Assembly (NCBI RefSeq): GCF_009914755.1
Contig: NC_060926.1
Strand: one strand, 5' to 3'
Source of the DNA: the human T2T-CHM13v2.0 reference genome, Homo sapiens
Length of the DNA: 64,000 nt
Under the pieces are notes generated by a model. The model did no database searches. It was given only the letters and a program-made list of their open reading frames with translations, and was not told the origin of the DNA. This document shows positions 12,096 through 23,883 of this stretch, one piece after another (position 1 is the first letter of the stretch; every line of letters begins with the position of its first letter). A program made the position numbers and the translations under genes.

Positions 12096-13968
12096 AGAGA
12101 CCACCATGGGAGAAGGAAAAAAACCATTGCAGCTGGTGAGAAGTGAGGCTCTATAGAGAAGAAAGTCAACAGTCAACATTGTGCTACTCCTAGGTCAGGA
12201 AAAACAGATCTAAATTGCCTGGCATTGCCCATTTTTGCATCAACACATATTTATTGAGCCACTGAACATACAAGAGAGAGGTAGGAAGGAAAACCCAGTT
12301 TTTGCCCAAGGAGAAATTTATAATTTTGGAGCAAGACAGGCCTGATCTCCCAGTCAGCTCACATGAGATGAGTTTGGATGGGTTGTTCTCAGCCACTTAC
12401 TTGCAGGAACTCAGGCATCTATGGTGGCAGATCATAATTTCCTCCAAGACAAAAGTGCCAACCAGCTAAGCAAATGCTTATTGAGCATGCTGCTAAGTAT
12501 CTGGATATTTAGAAATGTCTAGTTGGCTAGCTGACTTTTTCATTTTTCAGCTTAATGTTGGCATTCCTTAGAAACAATCTGAGATTGATTTTTTCCTGCA
12601 CAAGTCAAATTAAATGTGTTATTTGTCAAATAACTCTCTAAGAAAATGCTGTTCCATATTTCAATAAAGTGTGCTTCCCGTGAACCCTTGAGAGGTAGGC
12701 ATTTTTTCCACCCTGTGCCATTTTTTTCCACCCTGGTCTATCCTGGTGCCAGGCTCATGGAAAGAACTTTCTATTTGCAATGAGTGATTCTGGCAGAGTA
12801 CATGTGGTATTATTCTTGGTTTGTGTCTACTGCATTAGGATGCTTTCCTAAACAATGTGGCCATGTTTTTTGCTTCCCAAATGTACATTCTGCTGCTGCA
12901 GAACATTTCTAAGCCTCGGCCTTGCTGAAGCATTCTAGAACTCTTAAAACTATGGACTGAATCACAGGAGGCTTCTAATATGTATCAACCGAATACTTGT
13001 TTCATTTGGAGGTTGAAGAACTCTGTAAGATTGGAGAAGAGCACAACAAAGAATATCTCTGTATTGAACAGCTGGGTGCTGGGTGAGGCCCTATTCCTCC
13101 CTACACAAGAGGAAAACAGTGCATGCAGGGTTTGGCTGAGCATTATAAAGCTGCCATAACATTTGTATCTTATTGCCTTCTTTTCCTATCTCCAGTCACC
13201 ACAAACACTTATGGTTATTATGATAAGATATAGATAACAGGGCAATACAAGGTTATCAGCAAGGGAATGGTGGCAATTTGTAGAACAGAGAAACTAGGTA
13301 GCTGCAATTTCCAGAGGGCTCAGTACTTCAGATATTAAGGTGTGTGGGCTTTAGCTTTGTCCTCCTGAGAGCATTGGCCTTCACATCCTATTTTTCCATT
13401 CCTCTGCTCTCTGCTTCCGAGTGCACACAAACCTCTCTGGGAGGAGAAATGACTTCTGGATTATCCAGGGAGTGGATGGTGGATATTAATAGAAGTCAAA
13501 TTTACAACCATTGTTGTACTCTAAGACTCATGGGCTATTGAACAGGAACTATTTTTATGCTCACACCAAAGCTATTTATTATTCCAGTGCATCTCATGCT
13601 CCTGACCAGTACCTCTTTGTGGTTAAAAAAAAAAAAGTGTAAAACTCTATTCTATTTTTATATTTTTGAGTCTTGAGTGAGTCTTTTCCTTTTTTCTTGG
13701 GTGTTGAGATCTAGTCACAGTAAACCACATTCACTCAGGCATTTCTCCCATCCTCCAGTCTCTTGTGCCCATTTGAGGAGCTCCCCTCATTCTTGGTTTA
13801 ATTACTGCTCTTGATTTCCTTGGCTCTTCTGTCAATCCCTTATACTCAGCCTCCTCATCTCTTGGGTGATTTTTATCTTCCTTCTCAGTAATTTGTTGAT
13901 TAACCTTCTTCATTTCTCCCTAGGAAGGGCTCAGTCTTTTTTCTCTAAAGCTGTTATCTCACTGGTAA

Positions 13969-15025
13969 TGACACAGGAGTTTTTTGGTGCCACTTTGCCA
14001 GCCAGAAATCTCCACAGCCAGCAGTACCCTTCCCAGGCATCACTCAGCTCTGGGCTCACCACTGGACTCACTCTTCCCACTCAGCCTGGCAGGCTGCACT
14101 CAACTCACACTACCACCCCAGATTCCACGCCCGCTGGGGCTCTGAGCTCAGCCTGCAGCTGAACTGGGCATGATGTGACCTGCTTCCACCTTGGGTGCCG
14201 GCGTCTGGACAAGGGGAACATGGTGGCACCTGAAAACTCAGAGATACCAGCAACTGCAGAGCCCCAAGGGGTGTTATGGCTGTCCCCTAGGGAGTCCCAA
14301 GGGCTGAGCCACCAAAGACTGTTACATCTCTCTCTCCTTCCCACCACCCACAGCACAGCAAACAGCAGGGTGTGTTACAGCTCGTTCATGTTACAGCTCA
14401 CATTCATTCCCACCGCCCACAGTGCGGCAAATAGGAGGGTGTGTTACAGCTCATTTGTTCCTGCCATCCACACACTCCAGTGAATGGGAGCATGTCACAG
14501 CTCATTCAGTCCCACTACCCCACTCTAGCCTGCAGCTCCTGGGCTGGGCTGGCCTGGCCCCACCGTGGCCACTTCCTTGTCACATAGGGCAGCTGCCCTG
14601 CGCTGGTGGAGAGCGGGAGGGTTCTTGTCCCACATCCAAGAAAAATGAGGTTACACAGACACTGGAGAGTTAGTGTAGTGGAGAAGGGTTTTATTGAGCA
14701 ACAGAACAGCTCTCAATAGGAGAGGGGGCCCAAAGCAGGTAGCCCTCTGTGTGAGAAGGGGCCTGAAGGTGGGTAGTACCAATGTGTGGCTGAGTCTGGG
14801 GATTTTATGGGCTCAGAATGGGGAAGTGCATGCTGACTGGTCCATAGGCAGGCCTGGAAAAAGCATCATTTGATTGGCTAAAATACATCGAGGAAGTTCT
14901 CACTCCAGTTGTGGACTCTGGCAACTCATCTTTCAGGCTTTAAGCTATCTTTGGCTTGAAGGTCAGGTTTCACCAGGAACTAACCCCTGTGTGCCTAGGA
15001 ATTTGTCTGCCTCCTGCCACAATCA
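13969..15025 (-). mobile_element. Solo ERV1 LTR of the LTR28/LTR27/LTR1/MER52 group (best guess LTR28)
   Basis: TG...CA termini; minus strand begins tgattgtggcaggaggcagacaaattcctaggc; minus-strand CCAAT, cataaaa and AATAAA in order; 4-bp TSD-like gtaa/ataa; internal gtgttacagctc repeats. Confidence 0.85.
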
Positions 15026-15324
15026 ATAAGATTGTCTCTGTTTCTCTTCAAGGCCAGCATTAGCTATCTAGTGACTCTTCTCCGGCCTTCAGATTGAGAT
15101 TCTAGGGACATTTAGCTTTCTGCTTCGACTTTAAAGCTGGGTGTAACATGCATGCTGGCATCCATTAGGCAAATTGCTTCTGATTCTACCAGGCTTCTCT
15201 CTTACCCCTCTAGGAAGGCTAAACTAGACTTCTTGCAATATACTGTAAGATGCAACACCCCAGTCTGTCTCCACCTTAAGCATCCATTATTATCCTCTAT
15301 GACATATAATTCTTATTTACATTT

Positions 15325-15478
15325 TTATTTATATAATTGTTATATAATATAAATATATAATTATATAAATATAAATATTAAATATATATTATATAATATA
15401 AATATTAATTATATGATATAAATATTAAATATATTATATAATATCACTATATAATATAAATATAAATATTTAAAATTC
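15325..15478. repeat. AT-rich low-complexity (TA)n-like tract
   Basis: Directly visible. Confidence 0.9.
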
Positions 15479-15524
15479 TTTATCTTTATTTACACAATCA
15501 ATTTCTGATTTAATCATTAATTTT

Positions 15525-15680
15525 GATTTAATCCATTTTTCTCACTTCACTGTTGAGGGAACAAAGTCCAGATGGTATAGTGACTTGACCACGGTCACAA
15601 CAGCTAAGATTAATTAGTAAGAGAATAGAACTCTCACCTTCCTTCTTGCATGCTCTTCTCATTGTACTGTCACCTCCCTT
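15525..15680 (-). mobile_element. MIR fragment
   Basis: cactgttgagggaacaaagtccagatggtatagtgacttgaccacggtcacaacagcta. Confidence 0.55.
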
Positions 15681-16339
15681 AGTCTTGCCAGTTTCTCTTC
15701 TAATAAATCCTTATATCTGAAACACTGACATACCAGTTTTACTTTTTATAGGGCCTTAACATAAAGCCTCCTAAATTGGTTGATAAAATTATTTGATCCA
15801 GTAATTACATAGCAGAATAAACATGACTTCTAGATTCTCTTCCTGGCATCTTAGCAGTTCTCAGCCCTCTCCTCTGTGACCCGTCCACCTACTCTCTCAG
15901 GTAGTAAATGATAGCGCCCGCCCCAAAGTATGTCCTCAGGAGACGCTTTAGTCAAAAAGGGCCCCATGTCAAACATGTTTGCAAAATGCTCATAGTACAT
16001 CTGATTCCTGCCTTGGGAATTGATAATGTGTGTCAAAGGCTCTGAGAGTGCTATAATCAAGAAATTTGTATGACTTTATTAAATTTAATATTTATGAAGT
16101 TGATTTTGCTATAGAACTCTTTTCCTAACAACACCTATTTTGCTATGGAACTCTTTCCCTAACCTATTAAAAGTTTGCAGAACACATTTTAAGAAAAAGC
16201 AGCTCCAAATTCTTTTTCTTCATTTCTGTGTAACTCTCCCATCCTTAGCATATCTACACTGCCCTACAAAAACATTTCCATCCTGTGACTACCTGTTTAA
16301 GTTCCTATCATGGTAAAGTATTAGTAAGGGCTTGCTATG

Positions 16340-16575
16340 TCTAGGAAAAACACTGAATGTGTATTCTAACATGAGTTGAATCCCAGTTTCTCCGGCTACA
16401 CGACCTTGAAGAAATAGCTTTACTTTCTGTAAGCATCAATTTCTTCACCCATAACCTCAACATCCTAATTTCTGCCCTTCCGATATCATTATTGCTGTGA
16501 GAATCAGCTGAACTAGTAGATGAGAAAGGATATCGTTCATTCTAAAAGATGTTATAAATGTTAAAAATTATTATT
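16340..16575 (+). mobile_element. MIR-family SINE (MIRc/MIR3-like)
   Basis: gagttgaatcccagtttct...gaccttgaag...caatttcttcacc...gctgtgagaatc. Confidence 0.5.
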
Positions 16576-18644
16576 CTATCATTATTAATGGCAATGGCAA
16601 TGAGGCTAAACCTCCTTTCTTAAGCAACACATTTACATTAGTGTCAAACATTCCCAAAGGGAATAAAAACTGCTCATATTGGGTTTAATCTGTCAATTGA
16701 GCATTGAGAATTACAGCTGAAGAATCAAAACAGAAATGAGTACATTGCAAAAGAAAAGGAGAAGGGAGGTATAACCCTGGGGTGTTGGGGAGTGGGGGCA
16801 GGTAGCTGAGAGGAATCTAAACTCAATCTTTGAGGAGGGAGAGCTCTTGTGGAACTTCAATAAGTGATCTCCTATGACCCAGGGACAGGGGTAAATGGTG
16901 CAGTCAGGAGTTAAGTGCCTGGTGGAGCCATACACAAAACTGTTAATGAAATGGAAGGCTTGGACAGCAAGCAGCAGAGACCCCTCCCTAGTGACATGAA
17001 GCCAGGAGCCCTAAGAGAACAAGCAAGAAACAGTCTTTTGTGAGACACAGCAGAGATCTGTCCCTTTGGCCCAGAAGGAAGATCGCAGATAGGACTGGAT
17101 GTCAGCAACTGGAGGTCAACAACTTAGAGCAGAGCCAGAGAAATACTAGTTTTTCACCAATGGGTTTATATGAGTATGTCCTACTTGTCTGACAGGCTGG
17201 TGGCCAGAAAAAAACATCTGTTACACATTTTAATAGGGGCCTTCTGAACACATGATGCTGTAACACAAAGGAGTGATGTAAATGGTGGGGAAATTTAGAG
17301 ATCACAGCTGGCCAGAAACTAAACGTGACATGGGCCCTTTAAGGCTTTGTCCTTCTGACCATTCCAGGTTCCTAAATCTTCCTGCCAAGTTGGCTGGAAG
17401 CCAAAATATTTCTCAACTTTGCATTTATTTCAGGGTGTTAATCTCACAGGCAACCAACCCCTACTTAATAAACTCCAGCTCTCCATGCCCACTCCTTTAG
17501 GATGCCTGTGCGTGCTCTCCCGAAGGCTCAGCACACATGCGCCTACCGCTGTCGTTTCCTGCCTGGGGAGGGTGTTGACACAGGAGAGCCAGGGCATCAT
17601 GCAGCTGTCATCAGCTCAATGCCACAGATGGCATCTCGATTATGCATCCCCTTCCCAAGGCACTTGCCCGTGAGTCTGTGAGCCCTCTACCTGGCTCTGG
17701 GTCTTCTTTCCAGCCCCAGAGGCCAGCAGGAGAGGAAGGGTAACGGGGCTCAAGATGGGCTCAAGATCCTTTCGCTCTGCTACCAAGCTGGGAAGGAGTG
17801 GGCTTCCCTTGCCTTTTCTTCAGTCCCACTTTTAATCACTAACCACAGAAGGTAATGAGAAAGTGCTTGAATTACAAAGATTCCCATTTATTACTCTGAC
17901 TGCCCCTCCACAAAGCCCCTCTTTTCCCCTTTGGCAAGAACAGATCACTATTGACACTTTTAGAAGGCCCTGGGCCCCTCTCAATTATTGGCCTAATCTC
18001 TGCCTGCTGAATTCTGAAAGCAGAATTCTTTTCTAACTAGATTTTTTAGAAAGTGAAGAGGCTACCCTTGGCTTTATTCATTGGAATGACTTCGCAGGCT
18101 AATGTATTCTCCTGTCAGTATATTTTATGGATTCAGCAACATCTGCAGGATATGGAAAGAACAGAAACAAACCAGATGTTTCAAAAAGGTAGCTCCACTA
18201 AGCCTCCTTAACATAATTATTGCAATATCACATCCACATTTTATTGTACCTCTTCTATATTTATATGCTGTTAACTTTTCCTGTAGAAATCCGAACCAAG
18301 TTCCTTCTAAACAGATTTGCAATCTTTAAAAACAATTTTGACATATATCCTCCATTAAATCCAAATTTTCTTTATCAAATTTTAGAGGGGAAAATAAGAT
18401 TAAGGAAATGTAGATATTTATCTCAGCCTTCAACATTTACACTCATTTAGTTAATTAGCACTTAATTACACTGTCAAAGGGGGAAATTTTACCACGGACA
18501 GACCAATCCCCACCCCTCAGGCCCTCGCTTCTAAGAGAAGCAGACCTTTGCTGGGAGCCAGCTCATTCCTCCACGAAACATTTGTAATGATTACTTGACA
18601 AGGAGTGCAGATACAAAATTGCGCAACAGAGAGCCATCACTCAC

Positions 18645-18880
18645 CACAGCCCGCCGGAATTCTCATGCTGGAGCAACAGTGCCCCCCAAAGCAAGCGGCC
18701 AGAAGCACCCTGCAAGCAAACACTGGGCTGCCCAAACTTCTATTTTCTGCTTTATAAGCTGAGGAGCTATTTTAAGAGCTGCTGGCCAAAAGCAGGCTCT
18801 ATTACAACCAGACCAGCATTCCAACCAAGCTGGGGAGCCTCGGCTGGAAACAGAATGTTTCCACCTATTTTAAACCAGAC
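18645..18880 (-). promoter_or_regulatory. Putative muscle-type TATA promoter with short first exon (about 18724 to 18645)
   Basis: Minus-strand order: MEF2-like 18865-18874, MCAT/TEAD CATTCC 18817-18822, MEF2-like 18767-18776, TATAAAG 18756-18750, Inr-like ccAgtgt at 18724, donor gtg|GTGAGT at 18644; non-repetitive, several CpGs retained. Motif-based only. Confidence 0.6.
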
Positions 18881-19734
18881 GCCAGGAATTCTCTAAGGAA
18901 GAGATGGGAGGTGGGGAAGGAGAGACATGGTAGAAAATTGGAAAATTTTAGAAGTTTGCCAAACTCAAGAGAACAAAGTATAACTGGATTAATGCACAAA
19001 TCTTATTAACCAAAATGCAAATGAATAGAGTTCCTCCATCTTTTCACAAATGGCAATATTATTTGGTCTCAGCTTTCCTGCCAAACAGAAGAACTCATTA
19101 AAGCTGTTGGAAAATAATAGTACTCTAATTAGTTTAATTATGATACGATGAATCAACCCAATTTTTAAAAACAATATGCAATTAGCCTTTTTTAAGTCAA
19201 AGACTCTGTTTTCCAAAACAGGAAATGAAGCATAACACTCTTATTTCATCGTTAGGGCAAAATCCTAACCACTCTGATACAGTAGTATAATGAGCATGTA
19301 ATGAAACCAACAGTCCCCACTTCTTCAGCAACTCTCTTTGTGCATTGACTAGACGGCCTTTTGGCTTCAAGAATGGCAACTGCATTAAGCTGGAGGCTGA
19401 CCCAAATTTTCCCTTTCAAGTTCTAAGTCCTGTTTTCTATTTTCGTTTCTATCCTGGAATAGGGTCACCCTACAAAAGATGAAATATTACATTCTTAGAA
19501 GACAATGAACTGATGATGTCATATTGGCATGTTTGGGTTTTATACTGCTCTTGGGGGTACTGCAAGGAAAAAAATAATGTGGTGTTGGAAATGGGGAATG
19601 CAAGCCAGGCAGCCTGAAATCCAAACTTTTAAAATCAAACCACATAATCAACACCACAATATCGATACTGGGGAGGTTGGAATAGTAAACAAATAGTATA
19701 TATTTTTTAAAAAACCCTCTTTCCCCTGGGAAAA

Positions 19735-20390
19735 AAAATCCACAATGAGACTCCCACCCACTACAATCTTACCAAAATAGCTAAAATTAAAAGGACTGAT
19801 AATACCAAGTATTTGTAAGGATAAGAAGAAATTAGAAGTATCATACATTTTTAGTGAGAGTATAAATTGGTACAACACTTTGGAAAACTGCTTCATGGTA
19901 TCTACTAAATAGCTAAATCCTAAGACCTAGCAATTCTACTCCTGGCCAACCTAAATGAGTGCACACATCCATCAAAAAGCATGTACAAGGACGTTCATAG
20001 CAGCTTTATTCATAATAGCCTGAAATTGAAAACAACCCAAAAGTCCATCACTAGTAGGATGAATAAATTGTGACATATTCATATGATGGAATAGTACATA
20101 ACAATACTGCCCAAACACAGAAGAGTACATACAACAAGCTTTCACTTACATTTTGTTAAGAAATAGGCAAAACTAATCAGTGGTGATAGAAGGCATCATG
20201 AAAGTAGTGGAGGAATGACTGGGCAGGGCATGAGAGCCTTCTGGGGTGTACCGGAATTGTTATGTATCTTAATTTGGGTGGCAGCCACACGGGTACATAC
20301 ATAAGTAAAAATGTATGCAACTGGATAGTTAAGATGTATCCCATTTATGTATAGTATACCCCAATTTTATTAAAAAAAAAAAAAAAAAAC
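19735..20390 (+). mobile_element. Old L1 (L1ME1/2-like) 3' end with poly(A)
   Basis: ccacaatgaga...aattggtacaacactttggaaaac...gttcatagcagctttattcataatagcc...aggcaaaactaatc...poly(A). Confidence 0.8.
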
Positions 20391-20469
20391 AAAACAAAAC
20401 CGTAAAAGCAAAGGCAGAAGAAAAGGAATCTCCTGCTACAAACTAGAGTCCTCTGCTTCAAATTTGTAA

Positions 20470-21085
20470 CATACAATGTCACTTCCCTACATGAAACCCT
20501 CCAGGACTTCCCCTTCCTCTGAGAATGGTCTGCAAACCTTTCACTTGGCCTGCATATCCTGGGCCCTATCTACCTTGGCAAACTTTTTACTCATCACCTG
20601 TGTTCCACTTCCTCTTGCTAACTGCCCTCCAGCCACCCTGATAGTTTTCTCATCTAATACATCAGGCTCATTTTGACCTAGGTACTTGCCACTTGCTCTT
20701 CACTCTGCATGCACTGCTTTTCTCCAGATCCCCCTATGATCACCCCCAACTCATCAGTCAGACCTCAGCTCAAGTGCCATCTTCAGAGAGGCCTCTGCTG
20801 CCCACCCTAGCTAAAGTAGCATGCTCATTTCACTACCATCTCTCTCTAGCCTATCACCCCATCTATCCTTTTCAATTTTATACATAGTGCTTCTCATTCT
20901 CTAAGATTATCTGGCATGTTTACTTGCTTATTTTCTGCATTCTCCTCTAAAATATATGCTTCTCAAGAAAGTGGACAAGGTCTGTCTTGTTCACTACTGT
21001 ATCTCCAGTCCCTAGGGTAGAGCCTGTCATCTAGTAGCCACTCAATAAATATTTGCTTAATCATGACTCAATAAATGAATAAATT
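20470..21085 (+). mobile_element. L2a 3' end
   Basis: ctccagccacc...ctcagctcaagtgccatcttcagagaggcct...tgtcttgttcactactgtatctccag...ctcaataaatatttg. Confidence 0.8.
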
Positions 21086-21746
21086 ACCACCCCCAAAAGT
21101 TAATGGGCATGGGAAAATTCATAAGGAACATCATGGCACAGTCAAAAGAGCACTGGATTAGGAGTCAGAAGACTGAGATGCTTAGAGTAGATGATTAGCT
21201 GCTTTAACATTTTTGATATCACCTATCTAAATCTAGTTGGGAGATTGGACATGTGGACATGAGGAGATAATGAGCAAATGATGCAGCAAAAGGCCAAAGG
21301 AGAGACCTCAAAAGATGAAGCCCTATGGTTAGGTTGGCCTGGTCAGGTGACCTTGCAAAGGAGGTGGGGTTTTCACTGGGCCTGGAAGGCTTAGGGGAAG
21401 GAATGGGAAGAGATAGAAAGAAGCAGAAGATCATAAATTGCGAACTTGGGTCAGCGAATGTGCAGAGGTGAGAAAACCCAAGACCTGCTGAAGACCCAGG
21501 AGCAGATGCATGTCACTCAGAGCAGAGGACTGGTTCAGGAGACTGTCTCACCAGTGTCCAGAAAGTGACTGTCCTCATTCTTTGAGCACACACAGATCTT
21601 AGAAGGGCTTAACAATTACCAGTGAACAAACCTTCTGCCAAAGAGAAGCCACTTGTATTAAACAATGGATTTCATGTACTGTGACCTTCCTTGAAACTGT
21701 GGCCTAAAAGGAATATGAATCAAAAGTCAGAAATTTGCACTATGTC

Positions 21747-22786
21747 GGAAGCAGCCAAGATGGCCAAATAGGAACAGCTCTGGTCTACAGCTCCCAGTGT
21801 GAACGAAGCAGAAGACGGGTGATTTTTGCATTTCCATCTGAGGTACCGGGTTCATCTCACTGGGGAGTGCCAGACAGTGGGCACAGGACAGTGGGTGCAG
21901 TGCACTGTGCGCGAGCCGAAGCTGGGCAAGGCATTGCCTCACTTGGGAAGTGCAAGGGGTCAGGGAGTTCCCTTTCCTAGTCAAAGAAAAGGGTGACAGA
22001 CAGCACCTGGAAAATCAGGTCACTCCTGCCCTAATACTGCGCTTTTCCGACGGGCTTAAAAAATGGCGCACCAGGAGATTATATCCTGCACCTGGCTGGG
22101 AGGGTCCTACACCCATGGAGTCCCGCTGATTGCTAGCACAGCAGTCTGAGATCAAACTGCAAGGCAGCAGTGAGGCTGGGGGAGGGGCACCCATCATTGC
22201 CCAGGCTTGCTTAGGTAAACAAAGCAGCCAGGAAGCTCGAACTGGGTGGAGCCCACCACAGCTCAAGGAGGCCTGCCTGCCTCTGTAGGCTCCACCTCTG
22301 GGGGCAAGGCACAGATAAACAAAAAGACAGCAGTAACCTCTGTAGACTTAAATGTCCCTGTCTGACAGCTTTGAAGAGAGCAGTGGTTCTCCCAGCACGC
22401 AGCTGGAGATCTGAGAACAGGCAGACTGCCTCCTCAAGTGGGTCCCTGACCCCGGACCCCGACCCCTGGGCAGCCTAGCTGGGAGTCACCCCCCAGTAGG
22501 GGCAGACTGACACCTCACATGGCCAGGTACTCCTCTGAGACAAAACTTCCAGAGGAACGATCAGACAGCAGCATTCGCGGTTCACGAAAATCCGCTGTTC
22601 TGCAGCCACCACTGCTGGTACCCAGGCAAACAGGGTCTGGAGTGGATCTCTAGCAAACTCCAACAGACCTGCAGCTGAGGGTCCTGTCTGTTAGAAGGAA
22701 AACTAACAAACAGAAAGGACATCCACACCAAAAACCCATCTGTACGTCACCATCATCAAAGACCGAAAGTAGATAAAACCACAAAG
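21747..22786 (+). promoter_or_regulatory. L1 5'UTR internal sense promoter and antisense promoter region
   Basis: YY1 motif caagatggcc 21756-21765; bidirectional promoter activity of primate L1 5'UTRs is established; many CpGs have decayed in this copy. Confidence 0.75.
22015..22197 (-). pseudogene. L1 antisense ORF0, truncated at 60 aa
   Basis: MMGAPPPASLLPCSLISDCCASNQRDSMGVGPSQPGAGYNLLVRHFLSPSEKRSIRAGVT* matches L1 ORF0 as I recall it (71 aa); premature TGA at a CGA position. Confidence 0.85.
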
Positions 22787-23804
22787 ATGGGGAAAAAACA
22801 GAGCAGAAAAACTGGAAACTCTAAAAAGCAGAGTGCCTCTCCTCCTCCAAAGGAATGCAGTTCCTCACCAGCAACGGAACAAAGCTGGAGGGAGAATGAC
22901 TCTGACGAGTTGAGAGAAGAAGGCTTCAGACAATCAAACTACTCCAAGCTACAGGAGGAAATTCAAACCAAAGGCAAAGAAGTTGAAAACTTTGAAAAAA
23001 ATTTAGACAAATGTATAACTAGAATAACCAATAGAGAGAAGTGCTTAAAGAAGCTGATGGAGCTGAAAGCCAAGGCTTGAGAATGACGTGAAGAATGCAG
23101 AAGCCTCAGGAGCAGATGCGATCAACTGGAAGAAAGGGTATCAGTGATGGAAGATGGAATGAATGAAATGAAGCAAGAAGGGAAGTCTAGAGAAAAAAGA
23201 ATAAAAAGAAACGAACAAACCCTCCAAGAAATATGGGACTATGTGAAAAGACCAAATCTACGTCTGATTGGTGTACCTGAAAGTGATGGGGAGAATGGAA
23301 CCAAGTTGGAAAACACTCTGCAGGATATTATCCAGGAGAACTTCCCCAATCTAGCAAGGCAGGCCAACATTCACATTCAGGAAATACAGAGAATGCCACA
23401 AAGATACTCCTCGAGAAGAGCACCTCCAAGACACATAATTGTCAGATTCACCAAAGTTGAAATGAAGGAAAAAATGTTAAGGGCAGCCAGAGAGAAAGGT
23501 CGGGTTACCCATAAAGGGAAGCCCATCAGACCAACAGCGGATCTCTTGGCAGAAACTCTACAAGCCAGAAGAGAGTGGGGGGCCAATATTCAATATTCTT
23601 AAAGAAAAGAATTTTCAACCCAGAATTTCATATCCAGCCAAACTAAGCTTCATAGGTGAAGGAGAAATAAAATACTTTACAGACAAGCAAATGCTGAGAG
23701 ATTTTGTCACCACCAGGCCTGCCCTAAAAGAGCTCCTGAAGGAAGCGCTAAACATGGAAAGGAACAACTGGAACCAGCCACTGCAAAATCATGCCAAAAT
23801 GTAA
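22787..23804 (+). pseudogene. L1 ORF1p (RNA-binding chaperone), disrupted
   Basis: MGKKQSRKTGNSK...; in-frame TGA at 23078-23080 plus a second stop; +1 G frameshift near 23580; native TAA at 23802-23804 (1018 bp, one more than intact). Confidence 0.95.
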
Positions 23805-23883
23805 AGACCATCGAGACTAGGAAGAAACTGCATCAACTAACCAGCTAACCAAAATAACTGCAAAATAACCAGCTAACATCATA

